Shown: piece after piece, positions 37,880 to 46,097 of the stretch
How the letters are laid out: each line of letters opens with the position of its first letter
How positions within the stretch are numbered: the stretch's first letter is position 1
Source of the DNA: a bacterium
GTDB taxonomy: Bacteria > Patescibacteriota > Minisyncoccia > Phycocordibacterales > CAIZLB01
Length of the DNA stretch: 46,097 nucleotides
Reading direction: 5' to 3'
Assembly (NCBI GenBank): GCA_037127815.1
Contig: JBAXXP010000005.1
Span: forward strand, 1 to 46,097
Notes under the pieces: generated by a model
What the model saw: only the letters and a program-made list of their open reading frames with translations
Told to the model about the DNA's origin: nothing
Databases searched by the model: none
Translations under genes and position numbers: made by a program

Positions 37880-38056
37880 CTCCTTTATGAAATATCTTGT
37901 GCATAACTTTTGAATCTACAAGCGGTGACGCAAATAATATTGCCATTTACAATATTGGTGGCTTAATATACTATTTGTAACTAGAAATACAGCTCCTAGA
38001 CAAGGGTATATTTTGGAAATTCTGCAATCACAAACACAAACCAAAAAGCCAAATAG

Positions 38057-38761
38057 ATGAACTCAAACAAAAAGTCGTCTGATTCTCGCCGGAGAAGGTC
38101 CCGTGCACAAAGTAGATTGATTGAGGCTAAAAAACAAAATGAGAGGATTATCTTACGAAACAAGGAGTATAATGATGCGAGGTTGGAACCCAACAAGAGA
38201 CGAGATGCAGGGCGGGTTGTTCTCAAATTAGCGGCTCCAAGCTCTCGGGTCGGTGTACCATTTTCAGATTCTGTACACACTGGTATCAATCTCCATCAAA
38301 ATAAGTCCTGTGGAAAAGCTCTTTTGCCATTTCACGACTGCTTTCGTGGCTTATGTTTCAGAAACGAAACAATGACTTTAGAAGACACACTTATTGAAGT
38401 CGGTGTTATCCATCAAAAGGCTGACTGCCATGGTTGTAGGGTGGAGGAAAGATACAACTTCATACTACTTGATGATAAACGGAACGTGATACATGGCGTA
38501 CCTACTGGGCACACATTAAGATACACCTTAAGGGACAGAAATGATTTTATTCACGATGGCACAGAAGGATGTTTTAATTCTGCACATCTCGTCAAATATG
38601 TTTTAAAGATTACTGAAAGACGTCTGAAAATGGGTTGGTTTTGCAGATTAATTTCAAGCATAATCAACAGTAATGCGAGCTGGCGCAGAATCGCAGCAGT
38701 CAAGCTTTGTACTGGAGAAAAAACATTTGAGGAATTTTTAAAAACTACACATCGGGGCTAG
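38057..38761 (+). CDS. Orphan hypothetical protein with basic N-terminus and Cys/His motifs
   Basis: 234-aa ORF; upstream TTTACA-N17-TACTAT; followed by a 15-bp hairpin. Confidence 0.7.
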   Translation: MNSNKKSSDSRRRRSRAQSRLIEAKKQNERIILRNKEYNDARLEPNKRRDAGRVVLKLAAPSSRVGVPFSDSVHTGINLHQNKSCGKALLPFHDCFRGLCFRNETMTLEDTLIEVGVIHQKADCHGCRVEERYNFILLDDKRNVIHGVPTGHTLRYTLRDRNDFIHDGTEGCFNSAHLVKYVLKITERRLKMGWFCRLISSIINSNASWRRIAAVKLCTGEKTFEEFLKTTHRG

Positions 38762-38779
38762 TGAAAGTCCGATACAGCA

Positions 38780-38812
38780 AAAGGCGCATTCCCCTACGGG
38801 GAATGCGCCTTT
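38780..38812. terminator. Bidirectional terminator-like hairpin
   Basis: AAAGGCGCATTCCCC-TAC-GGGGAATGCGCCTTT. Confidence 0.75.
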
Positions 38813-38860
38813 ATTATTTATCATTAGCCAGTAACACGTTTTAGATCTGCGATCAGAATA

Positions 38861-39325
38861 CTATTCTAAAGAAATAACATGATACTCTATCTCTCCTGAT
38901 GGAGTTTTGAATTTAAATTTATCCCCCTTCTTCTTTCCAAGTAGAGCTTGGCCTACTGGAGACTTGAAAGAAATCTTTCCAGCTGAAGTATCAGCCTCTT
39001 CTGATCCAACAAGAGTATAAACCTTCTCAGTTTTACTTAATGAAGTTTTAACATGCACAATAGAACCAATCTCAACCTTATCACTGTGATGAGATTCTAT
39101 TATTTCTGAATTTACAAGAACGTTTTCAATCTGTGCAATTCTATCTTCAAGCGCAGCTTGTGACTCACGGGCGTCATGATACTCTGCATTCTCAGATAAA
39201 TCACCAAGAGCTTTTGCATACTCAAGATTTAGCGCAATTTCTTTACGCTTAACAGTCTTAAGATGCTTAAGCTCAGCTTCAAGTTCCTCAAATTTTCCTT
39301 TTGTTAAATAATCTGTTTTTGTCAT
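38861..39325 (-). CDS. greA: Transcription elongation factor GreA
   Basis: GDLSENAEYHDAR, ISFKSPVGQALLGKKKGD. Confidence 0.97.
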   Translation of the reverse strand: MTKTDYLTKGKFEELEAELKHLKTVKRKEIALNLEYAKALGDLSENAEYHDARESQAALEDRIAQIENVLVNSEIIESHHSDKVEIGSIVHVKTSLSKTEKVYTLVGSEEADTSAGKISFKSPVGQALLGKKKGDKFKFKTPSGEIEYHVISLE

Positions 39326-39450
39326 ATTTTTTATAAGGCGCCAATTATAATCTATTTATCTAATCTTGACAAGAGACTGTTTTTTTATATATATTGTACT
39401 ATTTTACGCCTACAAACAACGTTATTTCAACTAACCTCGCTTGACTTTCT

Positions 39451-41388
39451 TTAATTTGGTCTCTCTATCTCAATTAGATTTGCTGATGTACTACCTTTTG
39501 TATTTAGATCGTTATTTTTGGCTTTTTGTATTAATAAAGTTGAACTTGCGGATAATGAAGGGTCGGCAACATTAGCAGAGTCTGCGCTTACATCGTCCAC
39601 CTTTACATCATCAACTTTGGGTGCCACATAATCTGCAAGATATTGCCTAGCATAAATATTCATCCAGTCCAATGACAATCTCATTACAGCAGTTGATCCA
39701 TACAAAGCATCACTCGGGCCTTTTTCCATTATTACAGCAAACGCATACCTAGGTTTTTCAGCTGGCCAAAATCCAACAGCCCAAGAGTTAATATATTTTT
39801 TTAACGTACCAAGTTGCGCTGTTCCAGTCTTTCCAGCAACTTTTACATACGGTACATCAAGTGCTTTCATTGTTCCATCAGTTACAGTCATCCTCATTCC
39901 CTCTCGTACGACTCTAAAATATTCTGCATTACTTATAGCAATTTTATTTGATGCATTTTTTTGATCTACTAATCCAAATGCATTTAAAGTAGCTGAGTCT
40001 CTTGAAATACCCTGAACAGTATACTCCGACGTCGTTGACGCCATATTTAATGCAGGGGAAATTAAGTACCCACCATTTGCCAGCGCACAAACTGACTTAA
40101 CAGCCTGAATTGGTGTTATCTGAAAACCATACTGGCCAATCGCTGTGTGATATGTATCTCCAAGCCTCCAAATATCGCCATTGAAGTTTTCTTTTTTCCA
40201 TTCCTGAGTTGGAATAACTCCAACCTTACCTGTAAAATAATTATTTTCTGTAGTAGAACCAAAACCAAACATCTTCGCATATTTATCTATTCTATCAATT
40301 CCAAGACCTTTTTGGCCTGGAAAACCTCCTCCAATTTGATAGAAATAGACATCAGAAGAAACAGCTATAGCTTTTCTCATATCAGTCCAGCCGTTAACCT
40401 TCCAGTCCTTAAATATAGTAAACTCTCCAGGTTGATATGGATTAGGAACCTTTAATTGCCCCGTACTCTCTATTTGCTTCTCTGGGGTTATGATTCCCTC
40501 ATTCAATGCACCTAACGCGAATATGGGCTTAATTATTGACCCTGGAGTATACAAACCATCACTAACTCTATCCAAAAACAAATTTGAATCATTAGATAAA
40601 TATGAATTTATTTTTTCCACATCCTTTCCATCAGTCATTACGTTACTATCATATTCCGGAAATGAGACACTAACTAAAATCTCCCCTGTATTAACATCCA
40701 TAATCACTCCAGCTCCGCCTTTAAAACCAGATCTTGCAGCAATATCCTTCATTGATGCATAAAATGCTTCCTGTAGCTTAGCATCAACTGTAAGTATCAA
40801 ATCTGTTCCCTTTTCCATTGGTTTAATCAAACTACCAGGATAAGTTTTTCCATGAACATCAGTTTCTACAATCTTAAGACCGTTTTGTCCAAGTAAATTT
40901 GTATTAAAATATTTTTCTACCCCATCAAACCCTTTTAATTCAGTATTATAATAAAAACCAGATTTATCTTTTTGAGGATACTTTACATATCCCAATAGAT
41001 TATGAGTACCCGCGTTCTCTCTGTAGGATCTTAAAGAAAATTCTGATTGAGTCTCATCAATTTTGTTCCATGCCAAAAGTCTTCCATATCTATCCATTAT
41101 CGCCCCGCGCTCTGCAAATATTAAACTGTGATTTAAGTGATTATTCTCAGCAATCCTTCTAAAATCAGCCCCTCTATTTAATTGTATATCAGCAATTTGA
41201 TACATATATACAATAGCGACAAAACAAAAAATAACACCAACTGCAATGATATTATTAAAATGTATCGGCTTCTCAATTCTTCCTTCAAATTGGTCTTCAT
41301 CAAAATGTGGCAAGTTAGAAGAATCCAGAAAAATATCTTCTGGAAAAATTTCTGCATTTCTTGCTGATCTTCTTTTTTTCTTGAACAT
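39451..41388 (-). CDS. mrdA: Penicillin-binding protein 2
   Basis: PGSIIKP, SSDVYFY, KTGTAQ; downstream of mreBCD. Confidence 0.92.
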   Translation of the reverse strand: MFKKKRRSARNAEIFPEDIFLDSSNLPHFDEDQFEGRIEKPIHFNNIIAVGVIFCFVAIVYMYQIADIQLNRGADFRRIAENNHLNHSLIFAERGAIMDRYGRLLAWNKIDETQSEFSLRSYRENAGTHNLLGYVKYPQKDKSGFYYNTELKGFDGVEKYFNTNLLGQNGLKIVETDVHGKTYPGSLIKPMEKGTDLILTVDAKLQEAFYASMKDIAARSGFKGGAGVIMDVNTGEILVSVSFPEYDSNVMTDGKDVEKINSYLSNDSNLFLDRVSDGLYTPGSIIKPIFALGALNEGIITPEKQIESTGQLKVPNPYQPGEFTIFKDWKVNGWTDMRKAIAVSSDVYFYQIGGGFPGQKGLGIDRIDKYAKMFGFGSTTENNYFTGKVGVIPTQEWKKENFNGDIWRLGDTYHTAIGQYGFQITPIQAVKSVCALANGGYLISPALNMASTTSEYTVQGISRDSATLNAFGLVDQKNASNKIAISNAEYFRVVREGMRMTVTDGTMKALDVPYVKVAGKTGTAQLGTLKKYINSWAVGFWPAEKPRYAFAVIMEKGPSDALYGSTAVMRLSLDWMNIYARQYLADYVAPKVDDVKVDDVSADSANVADPSLSASSTLLIQKAKNNDLNTKGSTSANLIEIERPN

Positions 41389-41392
41389 TTAT

Positions 41393-41668
41393 TTATGAAT
41401 AAAACCTCACCTGTTTCTTTATAACTCTAAAAATTATTATAACGAGTGTTAATAGTATAGTAAAAAACATTGGAATATGTCTACCATAGAAAGTAACAAA
41501 AATATCACTTCTGTATAAAAGGTCCAGAAGTAAACCTGCTATCACAGCTTCATAATATAAATAGAACCACGAGGATATAACAGCCAAAGATAATGGAACC
41601 CACCAAGGCATAATAAAAACGGACAATAACACTATTAGATTAACGTAAAATCTTTTTGATTTGAACAT
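41393..41668 (-). CDS. mreD: Small membrane protein in MreD position
   Basis: 91 aa, hydrophobic, GLLLDLLY motif; between mreC and mrdA. Confidence 0.5.
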   Translation of the reverse strand: MFKSKRFYVNLIVLLSVFIMPWWVPLSLAVISSWFYLYYEAVIAGLLLDLLYRSDIFVTFYGRHIPMFFTILLTLVIIIFRVIKKQVRFYS

Positions 41669-42449
41669 ATCTTAATGAATTCATGTTAATAGGACTTTTA
41701 AAATAGACCTGTGAATATGCATCACCTTCGCTTGAATCAATGACCTCAATTGAGCCCAAAACAATTGTCTCAGATGATGGCCAGACAATAGGATCACCTA
41801 TCTTTACCTTAATATTTTTAGGTAATTTTATATAGAAATTTCCACCACCTCTTCCTTCAACGGTTACAGAATTCAGATAATCTTTATCTTTAATATTTTT
41901 TGTGGTTGTAGAGTTAGCAATATCTTTTGATCCTTCTATTGGAGAATTAATAAGTGCATCAATTTTTTGCCCTGACGATGAGAAAAGTGTCACGGTTGAA
42001 GTATGTTTTGAAACAGAAGAAATTATCCCAATAGCATACATTCCATCGGAAAAAACCATGTCACCTTCTGCAATATCTTGATCATCACCAATATCTAATA
42101 TCAATGAATCAAAAGGAGTTCTTGGAGGCCTCTCTATTACACTCGATAAAATCATATCAGAATTTACTGGTGTTTTTCCAAGCAGTGATCTTAAGTAATC
42201 ATTCTCAGTTTGAAGAGAAACTATCAGCGCCTGCTCAGATAAATTTCTAGGCACAAATCTAGGTTCGCTTGTTCCATTAACTACGTACGCTCGTATATTC
42301 TGAACACTACTGACTAGAGATTTTTTTGCCAATATATAAAGCAGTGCACAGAAAATAAATAAAATTAACAAACTAATAAACTGTATTTTACTAAATACTT
42401 TTTTTTGATTTGAATTATATCTATTTCCTTGTTGGTAGTTCATCTTCAT
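41640..42449 (-). CDS. mreC: Rod shape-determining protein MreC
   Basis: TM, LQTENDYLRSLL coiled coil, beta domain; follows mreB. Confidence 0.88.
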   Translation of the reverse strand: MKMNYQQGNRYNSNQKKVFSKIQFISLLILFIFCALLYILAKKSLVSSVQNIRAYVVNGTSEPRFVPRNLSEQALIVSLQTENDYLRSLLGKTPVNSDMILSSVIERPPRTPFDSLILDIGDDQDIAEGDMVFSDGMYAIGIISSVSKHTSTVTLFSSSGQKIDALINSPIEGSKDIANSTTTKNIKDKDYLNSVTVEGRGGGNFYIKLPKNIKVKIGDPIVWPSSETIVLGSIEVIDSSEGDAYSQVYFKSPINMNSLRYVQIKKILR

Positions 42450-43485
42450 TTTGTATTAGCATTTCCTCAAAAATGTCCATGTCCTCTAGGATTATTCCAG
42501 CCCCTCTTGCAACTGCAGTAAGTGGGTCATCAGCAACAAACACAGGAATTCCAACATAAGCTGATAACACTTCAGGAAGACCCCTAATCAATGCGCCACC
42601 TCCTGCAAGGTGAATTCCATTTCTCATAACATCAGCCAATATTTCAGGTGGAGTGGTCTCTAGAACCTCTTTTACGGCCTCTAGGAAGGTATCTATTGAT
42701 GCCCCTATTGCTTCTCTTATATCTGAGTCAGTTACAATAACTTCTCTTGGTAATCCTGTAACTAAATCTCTCCCCCTAATTGCAGCTTCAAGTGCTGGTT
42801 TATTTTCTACAACACTTGCAATTGCAATCTTTAAATCCTCAGCAGTCTTTTCTCCAATCAGAATTTTAAACTCATTTCTGATATAAGACATTATATCATT
42901 GTTTAGCTTATCACCGGCAACTTTTAGATTTTTTGCGCGAACAATACCGCCAAGTGATATAACAGCAATATCGGTTGTACCCCCACCGATATCAACTATC
43001 ATACTTCCCGTAGCTTCTCTAACTGGAAGTCTTATTCCAATTGCTGCAGCCATAGGCTCTTCAATCACATGAACTTCTCTTGCTCCAGCATTTCTTGCTG
43101 CGTCACGTACTGCACGACGCTCAACATTAGTTATTCCATAAGGCACACCAACAACAACCTTTGGTCCAAGCATCTTCTTTGATAGCTCTTCAGATTTTTT
43201 AATTAAATATGAAAGCATTTCTTCTGTAATTTCAAAGTCAGAAATAACTCCATCAACAATTGGTCTTACAGCAAGAATGTGCCCTGGAGTTCTTCCGAGC
43301 ATTGCCTTTGCTTGTGCGCCAACAGCAACAACTCTTCCAGTTTTTTGATTCACAGCAACAACTGACGGTTCGTTTATTATCACACCCCTTCCAGAAACAT
43401 ATACAAGAGTATTAGCAGTACCAAGATCTATTCCAATCTCATTGGAAGTCATTCTGAAAAATTTAGCTTTGATATTTTTAAACAT
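42421..43485 (-). CDS. mreB: Rod shape-determining protein MreB
   Basis: GIDLGTANT, IEEPMAAAIG, VDIGGGTTD, LAGGGAL; start probably MFKN at 43485. Confidence 0.97.
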   Translation of the reverse strand: MFKNIKAKFFRMTSNEIGIDLGTANTLVYVSGRGVIINEPSVVAVNQKTGRVVAVGAQAKAMLGRTPGHILAVRPIVDGVISDFEITEEMLSYLIKKSEELSKKMLGPKVVVGVPYGITNVERRAVRDAARNAGAREVHVIEEPMAAAIGIRLPVREATGSMIVDIGGGTTDIAVISLGGIVRAKNLKVAGDKLNNDIMSYIRNEFKILIGEKTAEDLKIAIASVVENKPALEAAIRGRDLVTGLPREVIVTDSDIREAIGASIDTFLEAVKEVLETTPPEILADVMRNGIHLAGGGALIRGLPEVLSAYVGIPVFVADDPLTAVARGAGIILEDMDIFEEMLIQNEDELPTRK

Positions 43486-43622
43486 GTATTTGGATGGTTG
43501 TATGATTGGGTCGTCAGTATCGTTTAAGGTCACAAATACAAGTACATTGTACTGGTATGATGCCTGACCCTTATACCGCTATTCTATATAAAATATAGGC
43601 TATAATCAACTTGCCACATCTA

Positions 43623-44786
43623 CTATTTGAACATGTAAAATATATCCTTGAATGTTACAACCACCATTAGCCCAATTAGCACTATAAAACCTATACCATT
43701 TACCCACCCTATGATACTTGCCTTAATAGGTCTTCTTATTATTGCTTCTATTATGACCACAACAACCCTACCTCCGTCAAGAGCTGGGAATGGAACCATG
43801 TTAATTACAGCAAGATTTGCAGAAATAACAGCAATAATCATAAATAGATCTGTAATTCCTGCTTTTGCAGAGTCTCCTACAACATTAGCAATTCCTATTG
43901 GTCCAGTTACCTCTTTAAGAGAGCCTTTGCCTACAAAAATACTCCCAATAAATTTTGATAATCCTATTGTAATATTTTCTAGTAAATTAAATGTCTGAAT
44001 ACCCGCATAGTAAAATGATTTAAAGAATCCTATTTTTGCTTCTCCAATCATGTCCATAGAAATACCAGCCATTTTTTTATTTTGATCGCCCGACACTACT
44101 GGAGCAAAATTAAAAGCCTTTGCTTCTTCCTTTGATGTAATCTCTTGAGTTGATGTCGATGATGTAACAGACGCAGTTGAAGAACTTTTAACACCGGAAA
44201 CAGATAATCTTTTCACTGTTACAGATACATTCTTATCAGCAGTTGAAATTGTTTTTTGAACATTTAAAATAGATAATGTAGGGCCTACAAATAAATCCTT
44301 ACCATTTGAGATAGAAAGTATTTCATCTCCTGGCTTAATCCCAACTAATTCAGCAGGAGCTCCAGGAAGAACTGTTGTAATAATTAACTTAGGGTTTTGA
44401 ACAACTTCTCCAGGGAATGTATCTACAGAAACCTTCGTTCCAATCATTAATGTTGCAACCAAAAATAGATAAGCAAGAATAACGTTAAATGTAACACCAG
44501 CAATAAGTACAACAATTTGTTGCCACTTTGGTTTTGCTAAAATACTGTCTTGAGTAAGACTATCCTCTGGATTCTCTCCATGAATTTTAACGTATCCACC
44601 AAGAGGAACAAGATTCATTGCAAACTTAGTCTTTCCAATCATCATATGGAATAGACGTGGTGGAAAACCAATAGCAAACTCATCAACTCTAATGCCAAAC
44701 ATTTTTGCAGCAAGGAAGTGCCCCAGCTCGTGAATGGCAATAAGAAGAGTTAAAACGAGTACGAATATTATTATTGTAGATATCAT
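43623..44786 (-). CDS. rseP: RIP metalloprotease RseP (M50, PDZ)
   Basis: IHELGHF, PLGGYV, AGVTFN, PDZ domain, NMVPFPALDGGR. Confidence 0.96.
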   Translation of the reverse strand: MISTIIIFVLVLTLLIAIHELGHFLAAKMFGIRVDEFAIGFPPRLFHMMIGKTKFAMNLVPLGGYVKIHGENPEDSLTQDSILAKPKWQQIVVLIAGVTFNVILAYLFLVATLMIGTKVSVDTFPGEVVQNPKLIITTVLPGAPAELVGIKPGDEILSISNGKDLFVGPTLSILNVQKTISTADKNVSVTVKRLSVSGVKSSSTASVTSSTSTQEITSKEEAKAFNFAPVVSGDQNKKMAGISMDMIGEAKIGFFKSFYYAGIQTFNLLENITIGLSKFIGSIFVGKGSLKEVTGPIGIANVVGDSAKAGITDLFMIIAVISANLAVINMVPFPALDGGRVVVVIIEAIIRRPIKASIIGWVNGIGFIVLIGLMVVVTFKDIFYMFK

Positions 44787-44861
44787 TAATTATTTATTAG
44801 TATTATTAAGTAAGATTTTTTATAGATCTTGACTGCCATAAATTATTCTAAATTTAGTAGA

Positions 44862-45413
44862 CTAGATTATTATTTCTTTTTCTTTTTTTGCAAAATGAGC
44901 CTCTAAAATAGCCTCGCATTCCTTTACTATTTTCTCCATCTCTGTCTTTGCGCGCATCATATCATCCTCACTTAATTCTCCATCTTTCTTTTTTGTATTT
45001 ATATCATCAGAAATTTCCCCACGCTCTCTTCTAAGGGCAACTTTTGATTCTTCAAGTTTTTGTTTTGCGATTTTTGCAAGCTGTTGTCTTCTCTCACCTG
45101 TTAGTTCTGGAAAAATAACACGTAGTCCTTTATCGTCAACAGAAACAGAAACACCAAGATTAGCTAGATTAATTGCCTTCTCTATTGTCTGAGTTTGGCT
45201 TCTATCCCAAGGTGTAATTCTTATTGATCTTGAATCCTCAGTCACCAGACTTGCTACACCTGATAAGTGCATAATACTTCCATAAGAATCAACCTTAATA
45301 CCATCAAGGAATGAAACTGTTGCTCTACCTGTTCTTATTCCTGACAACTCTTTAATAAGCCAATCTTCTGTGCCTTTTGTTTTTTGTTTAAATGATGAAA
45401 AATCGTATGCCAT
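44862..45413 (-). CDS. frr: Ribosome recycling factor
   Basis: LSGIRTGRA, IRITPWD, FPELTGERR; start MAYDF at 45413. Confidence 0.96.
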   Translation of the reverse strand: MAYDFSSFKQKTKGTEDWLIKELSGIRTGRATVSFLDGIKVDSYGSIMHLSGVASLVTEDSRSIRITPWDRSQTQTIEKAINLANLGVSVSVDDKGLRVIFPELTGERRQQLAKIAKQKLEESKVALRRERGEISDDINTKKKDGELSEDDMMRAKTEMEKIVKECEAILEAHFAKKEKEIII

Positions 45414-45457
45414 AATGTTTGTATAATACCATATTGAGTTGGTTAAGTAAAAGTTCA

Positions 45458-45489
45458 AATGCCCGGCCCCTCTAGAGGGGCCGGGCATT
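45458..45489. repeat. Perfect 32-bp palindrome
   Basis: AATGCCCGGCCCCTCTAGAGGGGCCGGGCATT. Confidence 0.85.
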
Positions 45490-45534
45490 AATTGACGTAC
45501 AAAACCTGCAGCTGACCAAATGAGATAAAACCAA

Positions 45535-45885
45535 TCAAAATTCAGACAAATAAATACGGTCCTTTTTGTCGCACTTCAATCGTTTGATCTGCGAATTTTC
45601 AGCGCAAACCACAACTCTGAAACTATCCTGAAAAAAGCGAAGGTGAACAAGGTTACTCACCTCATAGAGACTTCTCACTTGTTGAGACAAGACGTTGTCT
45701 TCATCAGTGTCAGACATCTCAATGTTCTCCGTCTTTTCTCCATCTTTTTCAAGGACAACAACATCCTTACCTCGAACGTTAGTCCAACCGCTTATTTTGT
45801 ACCATGCGTCATTCTTTTTGGCGTCCACAATTTCTCGCCAGAAATCACGTAACGATTTTACTTTATTATGCGTGGATATGATCAT
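45535..45885 (-). CDS. Orphan hypothetical protein
   Basis: TTGTAA-N17-TATAAA promoter; likely start MIIS at 45885. Confidence 0.6.
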   Translation of the reverse strand: MIISTHNKVKSLRDFWREIVDAKKNDAWYKISGWTNVRGKDVVVLEKDGEKTENIEMSDTDEDNVLSQQVRSLYEVSNLVHLRFFQDSFRVVVCAENSQIKRLKCDKKDRIYLSEF

Positions 45886-45995
45886 AATTTGTCGCCTCCA
45901 TCTATTTTTATAGCACACACAAAGTATTATTACAATTATTAAATATGTGTAGGATTATAGAAATACTGTCTACCTCAGCAACAAGACTTAACAAT

Positions 45996-46024
45996 AAAAA
46001 TACCCCACGAAACGGGGTATTTTA
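45996..46024 (-). terminator. Intrinsic terminator
   Basis: AAAAATACCCC-ACGAAAC-GGGGTATTTTT. Confidence 0.8.
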
Positions 46025-46048
46025 TATTTTTCATTTTACAACTACTCC

Positions 46049-46097
46049 CTACTTCACTGTCCCATCCGCAAGCATCAACATCAAATCAGTTGCTGCA
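46049..46097 (-). CDS. 3' end of a gene continuing beyond the window (...AATDLMLMLADGTVK*)
   Basis: Open frame ending TAG just before the terminator; too short to identify. Confidence 0.35.
   Translation of the reverse strand, partial: AATDLMLMLADGTVK

Noticed and set aside
44862-45488. 208-aa N-terminally extended RRF as called by the ORF track
   Set aside because: The extension runs through the palindrome and promoter; a TTTACT-N17-TATTAT promoter supports a start at 45413.
23189-45489. Integron attC cassette array
   Set aside because: Hairpins lack RYYYAAC/GTTRRRY ends and extrahelical bases, are dispersed, and no integrase is present.
1928-45913. Short antisense or alternate-frame ORFs inside known genes (e.g. 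19760..20050, 43648..43998, 40147..40455, 37996..38289)
   Set aside because: Shadow ORFs with no motifs or promoters.
1-46097. CRISPR array or cas genes
   Set aside because: No regularly spaced repeat-spacer series and no Cas motifs seen.
1-46097. UGA-to-Gly recoding (Gracilibacteria/Absconditabacteria code)
   Set aside because: Core genes are full length in code 11 and some end at TGA (e.g. ORF 29610..30515).

Overview
AT-rich bacterial chromosome segment, most likely Patescibacteria (CPR), Parcubacteria-like. This is inferred from CPR-style pilin-like and Cys-rich surface proteins, near absence of Shine-Dalgarno motifs, collapsed operons and presence of rplI; ORFs read in standard code 11. 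The housekeeping scaffold is leuS, rplI, an S41 protease, cysS, dnaB, recR, rplU, rmuC, yqeY, tRNA-Glu(CTC), ftsI-ftsL-rsmH-mraZ, greA, mrdA-mreD-mreC-mreB, rseP and frr. Accessory genes are interleaved: a Phd/RelE TA pair, a NYN nuclease, two NUDIX hydrolases, YjjX, a half-MFS, a stand-alone trpB, surface proteins and several self-contained orphan genes. Three results stand out. (1) A complete, unannotated ribosome-mediated Trp attenuator (leader peptide with tandem Trp codons plus 1:2, 2:3 and 3:4 stems) lies upstream of a solitary trpB. (2) A promoter-driven ~50-nt structured RNA converges on and overlaps the stop codon of the NYN RNase gene, a candidate RNA-antitoxin system. (3) A 16-bp duplication of the tRNA-Glu 3' end brackets an integrase-less islet. 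Also seen: nested-palindrome elements, orphan transcription units sharing an atypical -10 box, and widespread leaderless-type gene starts. No CRISPR array, rRNA, integrase, transposase or reverse transcriptase was recognised. All family calls come from motif recognition by eye; no searches were run.
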